From: Mycoplasmatales bacterium
GTDB taxonomy: Bacteria; Bacillota_I; Bacilli_A; Mycoplasmatales; MT37
Assembly (NCBI GenBank): GCA_965196725.1
Contig: OZ239770.1
Span: forward strand, 130 to 64,129
DNA: 64,000 bases
Reading direction: 5' to 3'
Shown: positions 12,081 through 23,397 of the stretch, piece after piece
How the letters are laid out: the number at the start of each line of letters is the position of its first letter
Position numbering within the stretch: the first letter of the stretch is position 1
Notes under the pieces: model-generated
The model's input: the letters and a program-made list of their open reading frames with translations, nothing else
The model's database searches: none
What the model was told of the DNA's origin: nothing
Translations under genes and position numbers: made by a program

Positions 12081-13670
12081 TTAAGCAGCAAGGCGACGCG
12101 TTTTTGCCAATTGATAAACAGTCATTGTTCCGGCGGCAGCAATTCATAACCCGGTTAAAGTAAAAGCCAAAATAATCGTTTCAAGTGAATAACTGCCGTA
12201 CTTTTTAACGTCAAAACCAGGTAAGTCAATCTGCAATCATTGCCCGAAAATATAAATAAAATCAACCGTAAAAATAAGCAAAAGAACTGGAGCAATGATT
12301 CAAACTAACAACTTTTTCAATCAATTGAAAGGACCAATTTTTAAAAAGGTGTGCGGATCATTTGCTTTGGCAATTTGGTGATATTTATTACTTAAAGGAA
12401 AACTAACCGTTTCAAAAACCCCGATTAAAACAATTAAAAATAAAATCAGCATATCTTGCAAATCAATTAAATCAGCCCCAAACGAAAGACTATATAAAAA
12501 CGCGCCAACAACATTAATCGCACCTCAAATCAATAAAGCTTTTAACCGGGTTAGCGAGCGAAAATTGTTCAGCAACGAATTAATAAAAACTTCCACCAAA
12601 GCAGCTAACGAGGAAAGAGCGGCAAATAAAAGCGTTAACATAAAAATAAACATTAAAATCTGTCCAAAACCACTAAAAACTTGCTGATCCAACTTATAGA
12701 AAAAGACCGGCAGAAAAGAAAAAATTAGTGTTGCTCCACCACCCTGTTCTTTGATTAAAACAGTCATTTTCTCCTTGATTTCATTAGGACCGGCGGTTGC
12801 CGGTAAATCGGTGGTTGCTTTATTGGCAATAATACTCATAATTAAAACACCGGCAATGAAACCAATTAAGGTATCGGCTAAAAGGACAATTAAAACTTGA
12901 TTGCCTTTATCAGTGCGTTTATCGGAGGAATTGGAAAAAACAATTAAAATCCCCATCAAGATCCCGGTGGAAAAAATCACTTGTTTTAAAGCGGTTACCC
13001 AAATAAACGGATCTTTAAATTTAGCGCTTTCAAAGGTAAAAATATGCTCAACACCCAGGAAGGCATTTTTAAGCGTAAGGACATAAATTGTTAAGCCAAT
13101 TAAACCTAAAAACAAACCAGGAACAACAAAAACATTTAGTTTTTCCAACCCGTTCCGGATCCCAAACGATAAAACAAGAAAGATAAAGGCAATAAAGAAA
13201 AGCGTCCCAACGATAACGGGAATCGAAATTGCTAATCCACTGTTGCTTTTCGAAGCCAAAATATTAGCTTTAAATCATGATTCTTGGGTGGCACTTTCCT
13301 GAAACACAGCGGGGATAATCGAAACCCCTAAACTTAAACCAACTCAGGTCATAATTACGATGTAATAACAACCAACTCCGGCAATTAAAAAGATTTGTTT
13401 TCAACCAATAAAACGACCAAGTTTGGGAATGGTTTGCTGAAAAATATTGACAATTCCTTTGCGAAAAAAAAGTCCATAATTCATTTCTAAAAGCGCAATT
13501 GGTAGGGCAATTAAAAATAAACAAAGAAAATAGATAATCACAAACGCGGATCCACCGGATTGAGCCAGGGTTTGAGGAAAACGTCAAATGTTTCCCAAAC
13601 CAACTGCGGCACCGATTAAAGAAAGGATAAATCCTAGGTCTGAAAACAGCAATTTTTTTGGCTTTTGCAT
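12081..13670 (-). CDS. sodium-dependent NSS/SNF-family transporter (copy 1)
   Basis: ATG is at 13670. Translates [44 protein letters not shown]... (GLGNIWRFP is the NSS signature, with W encoded by TGA). It is in frame with ORF 12525..13259. I checked the C-terminal section codon by codon for stops; the first TAA is at 12081-12083. Confidence 0.9.
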
Positions 13671-13686
13671 CGGGAACTGGGAAAAA

Positions 13687-13833
13687 TTAAAGTTTGCTTT
13701 TCGGTTCTAGTTGCGGTTGGAGGTTTTCTTCGCTTGTTAAAATCTTACGCCGATTAACAAGCGCATAAACAAACGTGCCAAACAAACAGGTAAAAAGAAA
13801 AACAAACAAAATAATTGCGATTAAATGAGCCAT
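13687..13833 (-). CDS. 48-aa single-TM peptide, possible MetS-like small subunit of the adjacent NSS transporter
   Basis: Translates MAHLIAIILFVFLFTCLFGTFVYALVNRRKILTSEENLQPQLEPKSKL. It ends 16 nt upstream of the NSS start and is preceded by a strong -10 element. Confidence 0.55.
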   Translation of the reverse strand: MAHLIAIILFVFLFTCLFGTFVYALVNRRKILTSEENLQPQLEPKSKL

Positions 13834-13868
13834 GATGAAGATACTAACAAAATAAAGTTACTTATGAA

Positions 13869-13877
13869 ATTATACCA
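13869..13877 (-). promoter_or_regulatory. putative extended -10 promoter (TGGTATAAT) for the small peptide + NSS transporter unit
   Basis: The minus strand reads TGGTATAAT, 36 nt upstream of the ATG at 13833, in the 57-nt gap after metK. Confidence 0.5.
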
Positions 13878-13890
13878 ATTTTAGGAAATT

Positions 13891-15075
13891 TTAGGCAAGT
13901 TTTTTGATTCGTTTGATCAGATCCTGATCAATTTTTTCCCAGGGAGCAGCTTTGGCAGAGCGACCAAAAAAACCATAAGTGGCAAAAGAACGATAAAACG
14001 GTTGGGCTAATTTTAAGCGCTGTAAAATTTCACCAAAGGTTCAATTAAAAATCTTCGCAAAGATTTTCTTGATAACAGCACGGTTTTGATGTTGGGAAGT
14101 AGTGGAAATTCAAACCCGTTTGGCGCCAACGACGGTATTGACTTTAATAATTACTTCTTCGCAAATTTTGGCTTCTACAAGGTGTTTGGCAATATAACGC
14201 GCATACAATGCTAACGAAACATCACCTTTGGTTGGATCTTTTCCAATGTAACTACCACCACCATGGCGAATCAGGGTTCCATAAGCATCAATCATTAATT
14301 TTCGTCCGGTCAAACCGGTATCAGCATTTGGTCCACCATAAACAAACGGCGTTAATTTGGACTTTTTTAATCAATCAGAACTAATTTCAACATTGAAACG
14401 AACCAAAAGGGGTCGAATAATTTTTTGGAGGATTTGGTGCTTTAATTCTTCGGCTGAATGGACTTCATTATACTTGGGTAAAAACTGTTGGGAAAGATAA
14501 ATCGCTTCACAACATAGATTATTTCAAACAATTTCAATCTTACCATCGGGAGCAAAAGATCAGGTTTGATTAGCGATTTTATTACGTCGGATTTGACTGA
14601 TTTTTTGCATAATTTGGTTAGCTAAATATTGTTGCAATGGAAATAAATTATGCGCATCACGGCGGGTTGCATACCCAAAAGAAATACTATTATCCCCGGT
14701 GCGAGGTAAATGATTACGATCGACTTGCGCTTTTAATTCTTGTGATTGTTCATTGATTAAACAGAGAATGATTAACTTTTTCAATCCGTTTCAACTTTCC
14801 TCGTTGTATCCAATTTGATGAATAACTTCTAAGGCTAGGTTGCAAAGTGTATTCTTAAATGCGTTAATGGTTAAATTTTTTTTATGAAAAGTAATTTCAC
14901 CACCAATAATTAAATGAGTTGAAGTGACAAAAACTTCGCAAGCAACATGGGCATTTGGATCTTTTTGCAAACAATAATCAAGCACTGCGGCCGCAATTTG
15001 ATCACAAATTTTATCAGGATGTCCTTCCGCAACGGATTCAACAATATGATAATGGGGTTGCTTGGTTGCTTTCAT
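13891..15075 (-). CDS. metK: S-adenosylmethionine synthetase
   Basis: Translates [33 protein letters not shown]...[10 protein letters not shown]...[20 protein letters not shown]...[15 protein letters not shown]. Three same-frame fragments join via TGA. TAA is at 13891-13893. Confidence 0.93.
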
Positions 15076-15085
15076 ATGTCTATGA

Positions 15086-15517
15086 TTATACGTTTTTTTC
15101 TTTTTTTTTGGTTTTTGCGGGAAGATCACGAAAAATGTTATCGATTACTCGATTAATATAAGTATAATTTTTCTGCAAACAATAAGTTCGACTAATTTTA
15201 ACCGCTTCGCTAATCACAATTGCTTTGGGAACTTGGTGAGCACGAATTTCGGCGATTGCCACAAATAAAATCGCTTTTTCTAAATTAGAGATTTCACTAA
15301 AGGATCATTTTTGACTCAAATTAGCGCTAATTTGCTCGTGTAAAACATCAAAATGATTAAAAATATAATCAATAATTTTAGTTTGATATGAATCAAAATT
15401 TTTTGTTTTTAAATATTTACGGGTTTGTTTCAACGAATAACGAATGACAAAATGATGATAAAAGAAAAAAATAACTTCTAACCGTTTTTGATGTTGATTT
15501 TTAGGACTAGGATTCAT
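15086..15517 (-). CDS. nusB: transcription antitermination factor NusB
   Basis: ORF 15305..15517 extends through TGA: ...[54 protein letters not shown]... This matches the NusB helical pattern. Confidence 0.75.
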
Positions 15518-16370
15518 AATTAACTTTTAAACTCGCAATTTCTTCTTTATAACCAGTGGGGTTATTTTGATGCGGTGTTTCCAGAATTCATACTTTATCA
15601 TGTAATTTATCGTGATTAATTAATTTAAAAAAAGTTTGCTGCTTGAGATAACCTTCCCCCAATTTGGCATGTCGATCACGATGACTTTTTAAAGGATGCT
15701 GACTATCATTAAGATGAACAAAACGAAGTTTTTTTAACCCGATTATTGCTTCAAACTCACTGATAACCGCATCCAAATCATTTTTGATATCATATCCGGC
15801 AGCATATAAATGACAAGTATCTCAGCACACTTGCAACTGAGCCAACTTATTGGTTTTGGTCATAATAAACGCTAATTCTTCAAATGTTTTACCAACTTCG
15901 CTTCCCTTGCCACTCATCGTTTCCAAACAAATGGTGATTGTCGGAAATTGATCTAAGATTTTTTTTAAACTATAAGCAACCTGCTCCATTGCTAATCGAC
16001 GATCGCTTTTTAAAGCAGATCCGGGATGCAAAATAATGTATTTGATTTTCAAAGCAACGGCAAAATGACAAATTTCCGTTAACAAGCGGAATGATTTTTG
16101 ATAAGTTACAGCATTTGTTAAATTAGCTAAATTAATCAAATAATGAGCATGAATACAAATGTTTTCAAGCGAGATTTGATGTTTTTGTAATAGTTTCCAG
16201 AAGGTAGAACGATTCATTTTTTTCCAATCGGGAACACGCATCATTTGCGGCGAACCAGCAAAAAACATCGATGCATTTGCATCCAAATAAAGACACTGTT
16301 CAATTAATCCTTCCAAAAAGGCAGGAGATTTCAGAGCCATAAAAGCACCTATTCTAAATTTTTTCACCAT
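15507..16370 (-). CDS. nfo: endonuclease IV (AP endonuclease)
   Basis: It contains HAHYLINLAN, ILHPGS, LETMSGKGSE, the TGA-linked CWDTCHLYAAGYDI, and HLNDS...HRDRHAKLGEG. It overlaps the nusB start by 11 nt. The start could be ATG 16370 or 16388. Confidence 0.9.
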
Positions 16371-16502
16371 TGTTCGTTCTGATTTCAAAAAACTAAAAAG
16401 TTAATCTTTTGTATTTTAACATTCCGTTTTATCTCTTAATTATTAAATGATTTATGAATTAAAAAATACCAACCAAACAAAATCAAAATAAAATTTCTTA
16501 GT

Positions 16503-18509
16503 ATGAAAAAATTGTTCTTTCGGCAAAAAAGTCATTGAGATTGTGGACTTAGTTGTCTGGCAATGGCGCACTACTATTATTTTCATGATCAAACAATCGG
16601 GAACCGCCTTTTTTATGAAACAAGTGCTTACCAGGGGTTAAATCTCTTACAACTTGAAAAAATTGGTCGCCGTTATCAATTGAAATTAAATAGTTATCGA
16701 GTCAATTTTAGTTTTATTCAGTTACCATGTATTTTTCCTACTCAGATCAAAGGGCAAAATCACTACTTGATTGTTTTAAAAAAACAAAGAAGTTGATATT
16801 TAATCGGCGATCCAGCAAAAGAAGATTTTCAATGATGTAAAAAAGAAGTTTTACAAAAATATTTTCAAAATGTAATGGTAACTATCCTACCAATATACAA
16901 CGAAGATATGAAAAGGAAAAAATGGCCGGTTTTGAAAACAAAAAATTGGTTATTGGGAAAAATTTTGCTTAGTGGCGCATTTTGTACATTAGTTTTAGCA
17001 AGTTTAAATTTAATGGTGCAATTTGGGGTCAAAACATTGATTGAACAAAGTTTTTTTCATGTTCTGAAACCAAATTTAAGTCTTTTCCTAGGAATTAGTC
17101 TTTTATTTTTGGGACAAACAATTATTGCGATCCTATGAAAAATTCAATTATCTATCTGACAATTAATGCATCAGAAACAACAAAATAAAATCTTTTTTGC
17201 TGTTCTAGCTAAATTAGATTGAACACAATTTGCTAAACAAAATCATTCTGGAATCTGACGAAAATACCACGATTTACAAATTATTAATGATTATCAAATT
17301 TCAGCAGGTTTAACTTGGATCAGAGGATTATATTTAATTACAGGAAGTATTATAGCTTTAATGTTTTTTGATTTTTGGATCACACTACCAATTGTAATTG
17401 TAATTATTCTTAATGCATTATTAAATCTAATTATTTGACCCAAACAACAGGAAAACATGAGAAAAATGTATTTAAAAACACAAACAACTAATCAACAAAT
17501 GCATCACCAATTAAAACAATGAGAAGATTGAAAAGGTAGACGATTATGAAAAGAAAAAAACCAGCAACTTTTTGTGAATGTTGTCAAAAATGCTCATTTT
17601 AGTTTTAAAGCAACTTGATATCAATTTTTGAATCAAATTATCGACCAACAAATAGGGTTTTGAAGTCAAATCATTTTAATTGCTTGTTTAGTTTGATTTC
17701 GGTTGGAAATCAAACTGACAGCCGCCCAAATTTTGTTCATTTTGGGCTTAAGTGCTAGTATTTTTGTAGAAAGTCAAATCTTGTTTGCTTTTTGAGTTGA
17801 AAGAAAAAAAATTCAATGATTAAAAAGGGAGCTAACAGCTTTTTTAACATGAAATCAAAGGACGATTGAAGATACAGAAAAAAAATATCAGATTAACGGC
17901 ACAAAGATAGAATTTAAGAATTTAAATTTCTCCTATAATGCGTATGATTATCTTTGAAAAAACAATATTGACGGTGTGTTTGATCGACATTTATGAATTA
18001 ATGGTAAAAATGGAATTGGGAAAAGCACATTTTTAAAATTATTTTTAAATCCTGATTTAACTTATCAAGGCGAAATTTGGTTGAAGCAAAAAGAATGAAG
18101 AATGTTATCCCGCCAAAAAAGAAATGATCTCCTTTATTTAACCAGTCATGCCCAATTGTTGAGTGGAACGATTAAAAACAATATTTTAATTTATAACAAA
18201 CACCCGTTAACACCCAATTTAGTCAAATGAATGACAAATATTCTTCATCATCATAATTTAGATTGAAATACCAATTGTTGCGAACGTAAACTAAGCAACG
18301 GAGAAAAACAAATTGTAGTTTTTTTAAGTTTATTTGCTGCCAATCAGACCATTTATTTGTTAGATGAAGTTTTAAATGCGGTTGAACAGAACGTAAGAAG
18401 GGTGCTAATTGCCAAATTTTTAGATTATAAAAGTCAACAGCAAATCATTTTTTATGTTAGTCATGATTCAATTGCTGATTTGCCAATGCAAAAATTAACG
18501 TTAAATTAG
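16503..18509 (+). CDS. peptidase-C39-domain ABC exporter (PCAT / bacteriocin-type ABC transporter)
   Basis: I translated all 668 codons in one frame (about 20 TGA codons, no TAA/TAG). The N-terminus reads RQKSHWDCGLSCLAMA (Gln-x5-Cys), with ...GQNHYLIVLKK (His) and ...LIGDPAKE (Asp). Six hydrophobic segments follow. The NBD has Walker A GKNGIGKST, signature LSNGEKQ, Walker B IYLLDE and H-loop VSHD. Confidence 0.85.
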
Positions 18510-18517
18510 CAAAAAAT

Positions 18518-18658
18518 TTACTTAACTGTTCGGGGAAATGATTTTGTTTTACTTCGGCGATGACGCAATTCTGCGATCACTTCGTAACTAATTGCAACCA
18601 CAAAGGTAATAAAAAAGAACCCAATAATAATCATCATCATAATCATTCAAATTGCCAT
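18518..18658 (-). CDS. 46-aa single-TM peptide translationally coupled to NSS transporter copy 2 (MetS-like?)
   Basis: Translates MAIWMIMMMIIIGFFFITFVVAISYEVIAELRHRRSKTKSFPRTVK. Its ATG overlaps the transporter stop (TAATG at 18656-18660). Confidence 0.5.
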
Positions 18659-20268
18659 TATGTCTGCTCCTTCTTAAGAGGTTTTCATCACCCGATTCAT
18701 GAAGAAAAACGAACATTAACCGCTTTTAAACCTTTAAACAGCGCAAAGTAGAGAAAAGGAACAAAGAAGAAAATTGAAGACATCAGTCATTCTTGTCAGG
18801 TTCAATGCTTAACCGCTGTTTCATAATAATTTCCGGCGGTTAAATCATAAACACCATAACTGAAAACTCCTAACACAGCTAACCACGAAAAGACAATTAG
18901 CACCGAAAATCAAGTTCCTAATTTAAAAAACGATAACTTATTATGATGGGCATAAATTTGCTTTTGGTTTTGACGAGAGAAGGTGAAAATTCCCATTTCA
19001 ACCAAAGCGGAAAACAATAACAACCAACTAATTCAGACTCCATCGGTAATATCGATTAAGTGTCGTGAGCCGTTTTGAGTGGTGAAAATAACCCCGAAAA
19101 ATAGCTGAACTGTTCCAACCAAAAAAGAAGCAACAGGACGGGAAAAACCATCTTTATCTTTTAACGCTGCTGTCATTGGTTCTTGCAAACTAATTAAAGT
19201 GGAAATGGCGGCAAATAAAAGTGCGCTGTAAAGTAAGACCCCAAATATTTCACCTAAAAAGCGCTGTTTTAAACTAATGTTGTAAAAAACTAACGGAAAC
19301 ATCTTGAAAATCAGGGCATTGCCCGAAGCTTCCTTCGTGGTCCCACTAAACAAATACTTTGTTCCTTCGGTAGTATTTGTTTCGGTAATAATGCCTTGTT
19401 GAATTGCGTTTCCGAGTGTAGCACTAATAATTGAACAGGCTAAAAGGGCAATTAAAGTATCACCGGCTACAATTGTAATTGCGCGGTTACCACTATCACC
19501 CCCTTTTGGCGAATTAGCAGAATACAAAATGATAATCGCTTCACAAAGGGAAAGCGTGAACAATGCTTGACCAAAAGCAGTTGATCATGCTTTTCCGTTT
19601 TTTAATTTTGAAGGGTCGAACCCAAACATCTTTTCCAAACCTTTGTTGGCGCCGCCAAGGGTTAAGGTATAAATAAAGAAGAAAATAATTAAGGCAAATA
19701 AAAAGGGAACTAAAAACTTGTTGGCTTTTTCGATCCCCTTTTCAATTCCGAACGAAACGATGATAACTGATCCAAAGATTACCAAAACAAATGTTAAAAA
19801 TAAAATTGGTTGAATTCGTCCCAATCCAAAAAATTCGGTTGTTTGAGTAACACCTAAAACGTTGCTATCGAAATTACTGGCAACATCTTTACTGTATCCG
19901 CCACTAACAAACGGGGTGAAGATGGAAATGACAACTCATGCAATAATAACACCATAATAAGTAGCAATCATCATTTGCAAAGTTGTTTGCATTCAACCGA
20001 ACAAAGAACCACGTTTTTTTCCAAGATATTTTGGAAAAACATCAACTGACGATTTCCGTCAGAAACTTCCCATGTTAATTTCCAATAACATCATCGGAAA
20101 TCCTAATGTTAGGACAGCAATAATATAAGGGATTAAAAAGGCTGTTCCCCCGTAGGTTAACATTTTGGTTGGAAATCCTCAAATATTTCCCAAACCAACT
20201 GCGGCACCAATCGCAGAAAGAATATATCCGATTGGCGACATTCCTTTTTTGCTAACTTTTCCTGTCAT
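18658..20268 (-). CDS. sodium-dependent NSS/SNF-family transporter (copy 2)
   Basis: ATG is at 20268. Translates [37 protein letters not shown]... and is in frame with ORFs 19585..19824 and 19033..19563. I checked the frame codon by codon to TAA at 18658-18660. Confidence 0.9.
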
Positions 20269-20391
20269 GATAAAAAAATTAAAATCTTAATTTGCTTCAA
20301 CAATTAAACAATTCCAACAAAAGTAAAATAATCAAAGAAAATTATTATTTATTTCTTAATTTTAGCATAAAAAAACTTTTTCTGTTTAGTT

Positions 20392-20397
20392 TATAAT
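20392..20397 (+). promoter_or_regulatory. putative -10 box (TATAAT) giving a leaderless or near-leaderless era transcript
   Basis: TATAAT ends 7 nt before the era ATG (20405). No Shine-Dalgarno sequence could fit in that space. Confidence 0.35.
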
Positions 20398-20404
20398 TAT
20401 TTTA

Positions 20405-21313
20405 ATGAACAAAATGTATTCAATTGGGATTGTTGGTCGAACTAACGCCGGCAAATCCAGTCTCATTAATACTTTAACAATGCAAAAAATTGCTGCTGTA
20501 AGCAAAACAGTGAATACAACCCGTAAACCAATTCGTGGATTCATGGAATGAAAAAAAAGCAAACTGCTTTTATTTGATAGTCCCGGAGTATGTCGGGTTA
20601 AAACAACGTTAGATAAGGTATTAGTGCGAAATCTTCATACTGTGATCAACAATTCTAACATTATTTGATTGATGGTGGAAATTGATGATGTGTGAAAACA
20701 AGACTTAGTTTTTTTGACAAAATTGTTGAAAGCGAGCAACAAACCGCTTTTGCTTTTAATTAATAAAATGGACCGGAAAACAATTCAAGATGTTGCAAAC
20801 TACATTCGTAAGGTTCAAGATCAAAAAATTTTTACCGCTATTCTGCCTGTTTCTGCCAAAAAAAATCTTAATTTAGCCAAACTTTTAGATCTAACAATGG
20901 AAATTGCGAAAAAAACACCATCGTTAAACCAGCAAAAAGTGTTGAAACCAGCACTAAACACAGAAAAGCAAGTGCGTGAAATCGGTAATGAAGTGATTCG
21001 AGAACAAATCATCTTTCAAACTAAAGAAGAAATTCCTCATCAAATTGCAACGCGAATGCTTGAAATAAAAATTAAACCAACAAAAGTATTTATCACTTGT
21101 CAAATTGTTGTTGCAAATGTAAATCAAAAAAAAATTATTTTGGGACGAAACGGGCGAAAAATTAAACTTATTCGCATGGATAGTAGTCGCATTTTACATA
21201 AATTATTTAAACGATACATTAATTTACGACTAGAAATTAAAGTAATTAAAAATTGGTTCCAGAACAAACAAGTTATTAAAGAATTAAATTTAATTGAGGA
21301 AGATGATGAGTAA
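20405..21313 (+). CDS. era: GTPase Era
   Basis: Translates MNKMYSIGIVGRTNAGKSSLINTL (G1), DSPG (G3) and INKMD (G4), with a C-terminal KH-like region in ORF 20714..21313. Fragments join via TGA. Confidence 0.9.
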
Positions 21314-22325
21314 AGATAATCAAACTAAATGAAACATTTTAAAAAAATTTAAGGAAGCAGGAAGATACTGATTGTTTTGAAAAGAAACTAATCGATTTTG
21401 GTTCCATGGATTTGAAGCAAGTGATGGGATGATTATTGCCGATTGCGAAACCGAGCAAAGCAATTATTTTCTTGATCCACGTTATTTGCAAGAAGCAAAA
21501 GATCAACAAGTGAAAGCAACAATTATCGCTTTAAATCAGTTCCCTAACTATTGAAAACAATTAAAAGGTGAAATTAAATTAGAAAGTGATTTACCTTTTG
21601 CACTTGTTAAAAACTTGCAACATTTGAATCCAAAATTAAAGTTTCAGTTTTTTAATTACCAGCAATTGCGTATCATCAAAACCGATGCCGAAATTCAGAG
21701 CTTGCGACTAGCCTGCCAAAAAACAGTTGAAGTTTGAAAAATAATCGAGGAAAAACAAGCAAATTGAAAATCCGAACGGGAAGTTGCCTTTTCAATTGAA
21801 AAAGAATTATTAAACCGCGAATGTAAAACTAGTTTTGAACCAATTGTGGCAAGCGGGAAACGGAGTGCTTACATTCATACTAAACCGACAGAGCAAATAA
21901 TTAGTGATGTTTTATTGTGTGATTTTGGAGCAAAATCACAAAGATATTGTGCTGATTTCACCCGAACAATCATCTTAAATCCTAACTCGCCGTTACAAGC
22001 ACATGCAGTAAAATTAAAACAAATTTATACAGAACTTTTAGAAATGTTAAAACCGGGAATGCAAATTAAAACCCTGGTAGAAAGATGTAAAAAGCGGTTT
22101 GCCGAACAAAATTGACATTTAGAACATGCGTTAGGACATGGAATTGGCTTGGATGTTCATGAAGAACCAGGTTTATTTGAAGAAAGCGGCTTGGTTTTGG
22201 AAGAAAAAATGGTTATTGCTCTCGAACCAGGTGTTTATTTTCCTCAACTAGGCGGAATTCGCCATGAAGATACCATTTTAATTACTAAAACAGGGTATGA
22301 AATTCTCACCAAAACAACTAACTAA
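21303..22325 (+). CDS. Xaa-Pro aminopeptidase / M24-family metallopeptidase
   Basis: It overlaps the era stop. It contains ...DFGAKSQRYCADFTRT..., HALGHGIGLDVHEEP and LEPGVYFPQLGGIRHEDT, which are the M24 metal ligands. Confidence 0.85.
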
Positions 22326-22410
22326 TTCTTTCATAAAGTAAAAAAATTAACAACAAAATAAAAAACAAAAGGTTGATAAAAACAAAGAAAAAAAGATACC
22401 AATTGGTTAA

Positions 22411-23397
22411 TCAAAAATAATGCCTTTTCTTTCTAGCAAATTTTCTTTTCAACAACGGAAAATTAATTTTGCCCTTGTAAAAATTTGACTTTAGATAGTG
22501 GGGGGGAACTTTTTTAGTTGGATTATTAATGTATTTTTGTAAATCAGCATACATTTCTTCCGGTTTTTGATAGCGTTCTTTGCGGTTTTTGGCGGTGGCA
22601 CGAATAATGATGTTTTCAATCTGCAAATTGATTTGACTATCAAAATCAGTAATGCGTGGAAACGGCATGTATAAATGTTTTTCTAAAATTTCGAGTGGTT
22701 GGTTATCAAAAAAAGGTAAATGCCCGGTTAAAACTTCAAAAAACATGATGCCAACGGCGTAAATATCGCTTTGAATACTAATTTGATCACGTTGTTGAAT
22801 TGCTTCCGGCGACATGTAGCACAATGTGCCGGTTAGTTTGTTAATAAATAATTCCCGTGGTTTTTGATAATTATCAAGGGCAATGCCGAAATCAAGAATT
22901 TTAACTGTTTTTTGATTAACAATTAGAATATTACTCGGTTTTAAATCGCGATGAATAATTTTATTTAAATTAGCATATTTAAGCGCTAAAATAATCTGCA
23001 AAAAAAGACTAACAGCCGTTTTAACATCCAAGCTCCGCTGGTTGTTTAATAATGTTCTAAGGGAAATTCCATCGATAAACTCTAAAACAATTACAAATAA
23101 ACCTAAATCAACAAAATAATCATATAACTGTACAATATTGCGATGTTTAAGCTGAGCGGTAATTTTTAACTCATTTTGAAATGTTAAACTAAGGTGTTTA
23201 AAATTAATTTCTTTGTGATTTTGGTGCGGGAAAATTTTTAAAATCACACGGCGTTTTAGAAGTAAATCTTGGGCGGAATAAACAACTGAATATTGTCCAA
23301 CTGAAATTTTGCGTTCAATTTTATAACGGTTTTTAAAAATCCGTCCAACATTAAGATCTATCACGATGAATTGCCACGTATAAAAAAGTTTTGTCAT
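22411..23397 (-). CDS. prkC: Ser/Thr protein kinase (Hanks type), cytoplasmic, no PASTA/TM region
   Basis: It has VILKIF (Lys), HRDLKPSNIL, DFGIA and YMSPEA. The Gly-rich loop is degenerate (ISVGQYSVVY). The start is uncertain: ATG 23397 or GTG 23364, both overlapping the phosphatase gene. Confidence 0.85.
   Translation of the reverse strand: MTKLFYTWQFIVIDLNVGRIFKNRYKIERKISVGQYSVVYSAQDLLLKRRVILKIFPHQNHKEINFKHLSLTFQNELKITAQLKHRNIVQLYDYFVDLGLFVIVLEFIDGISLRTLLNNQRSLDVKTAVSLFLQIILALKYANLNKIIHRDLKPSNILIVNQKTVKILDFGIALDNYQKPRELFINKLTGTLCYMSPEAIQQRDQISIQSDIYAVGIMFFEVLTGHLPFFDNQPLEILEKHLYMPFPRITDFDSQINLQIENIIIRATAKNRKERYQKPEEMYADLQKYINNPTKKVPPHYLKSNFYKGKINFPLLKRKFARKKRHYF

Noticed and set aside
13270-13587. 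A 105-aa minus-strand ORF lies within the NSS copy 1 locus.
   Set aside because: It is out of frame with the NSS signature frame (start 13670, GLGNIWRFP). Its translation is Cys- and Trp-rich nonsense.
15076-15085. I looked for a SAM riboswitch upstream of metK, and for T-box leaders upstream of the aaRS genes.
   Set aside because: metK starts 10 nt after nusB. ileS, pheS, pheT, metG and thrS all overlap the preceding gene. There is no room for a leader RNA.
18560-18751. A His/Asn-rich plus-strand ORF (..NNNHHHNHSNCH..) downstream of the PCAT gene is a possible exported peptide or metal-binding cargo.
   Set aside because: It lies antisense to the 46-aa peptide gene and the C-terminus of NSS copy 2. 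It has no double-glycine leader. Its His run is simply the complement of the ATG/ATT-rich hydrophobic codons (MIMMMIII) on the other strand.
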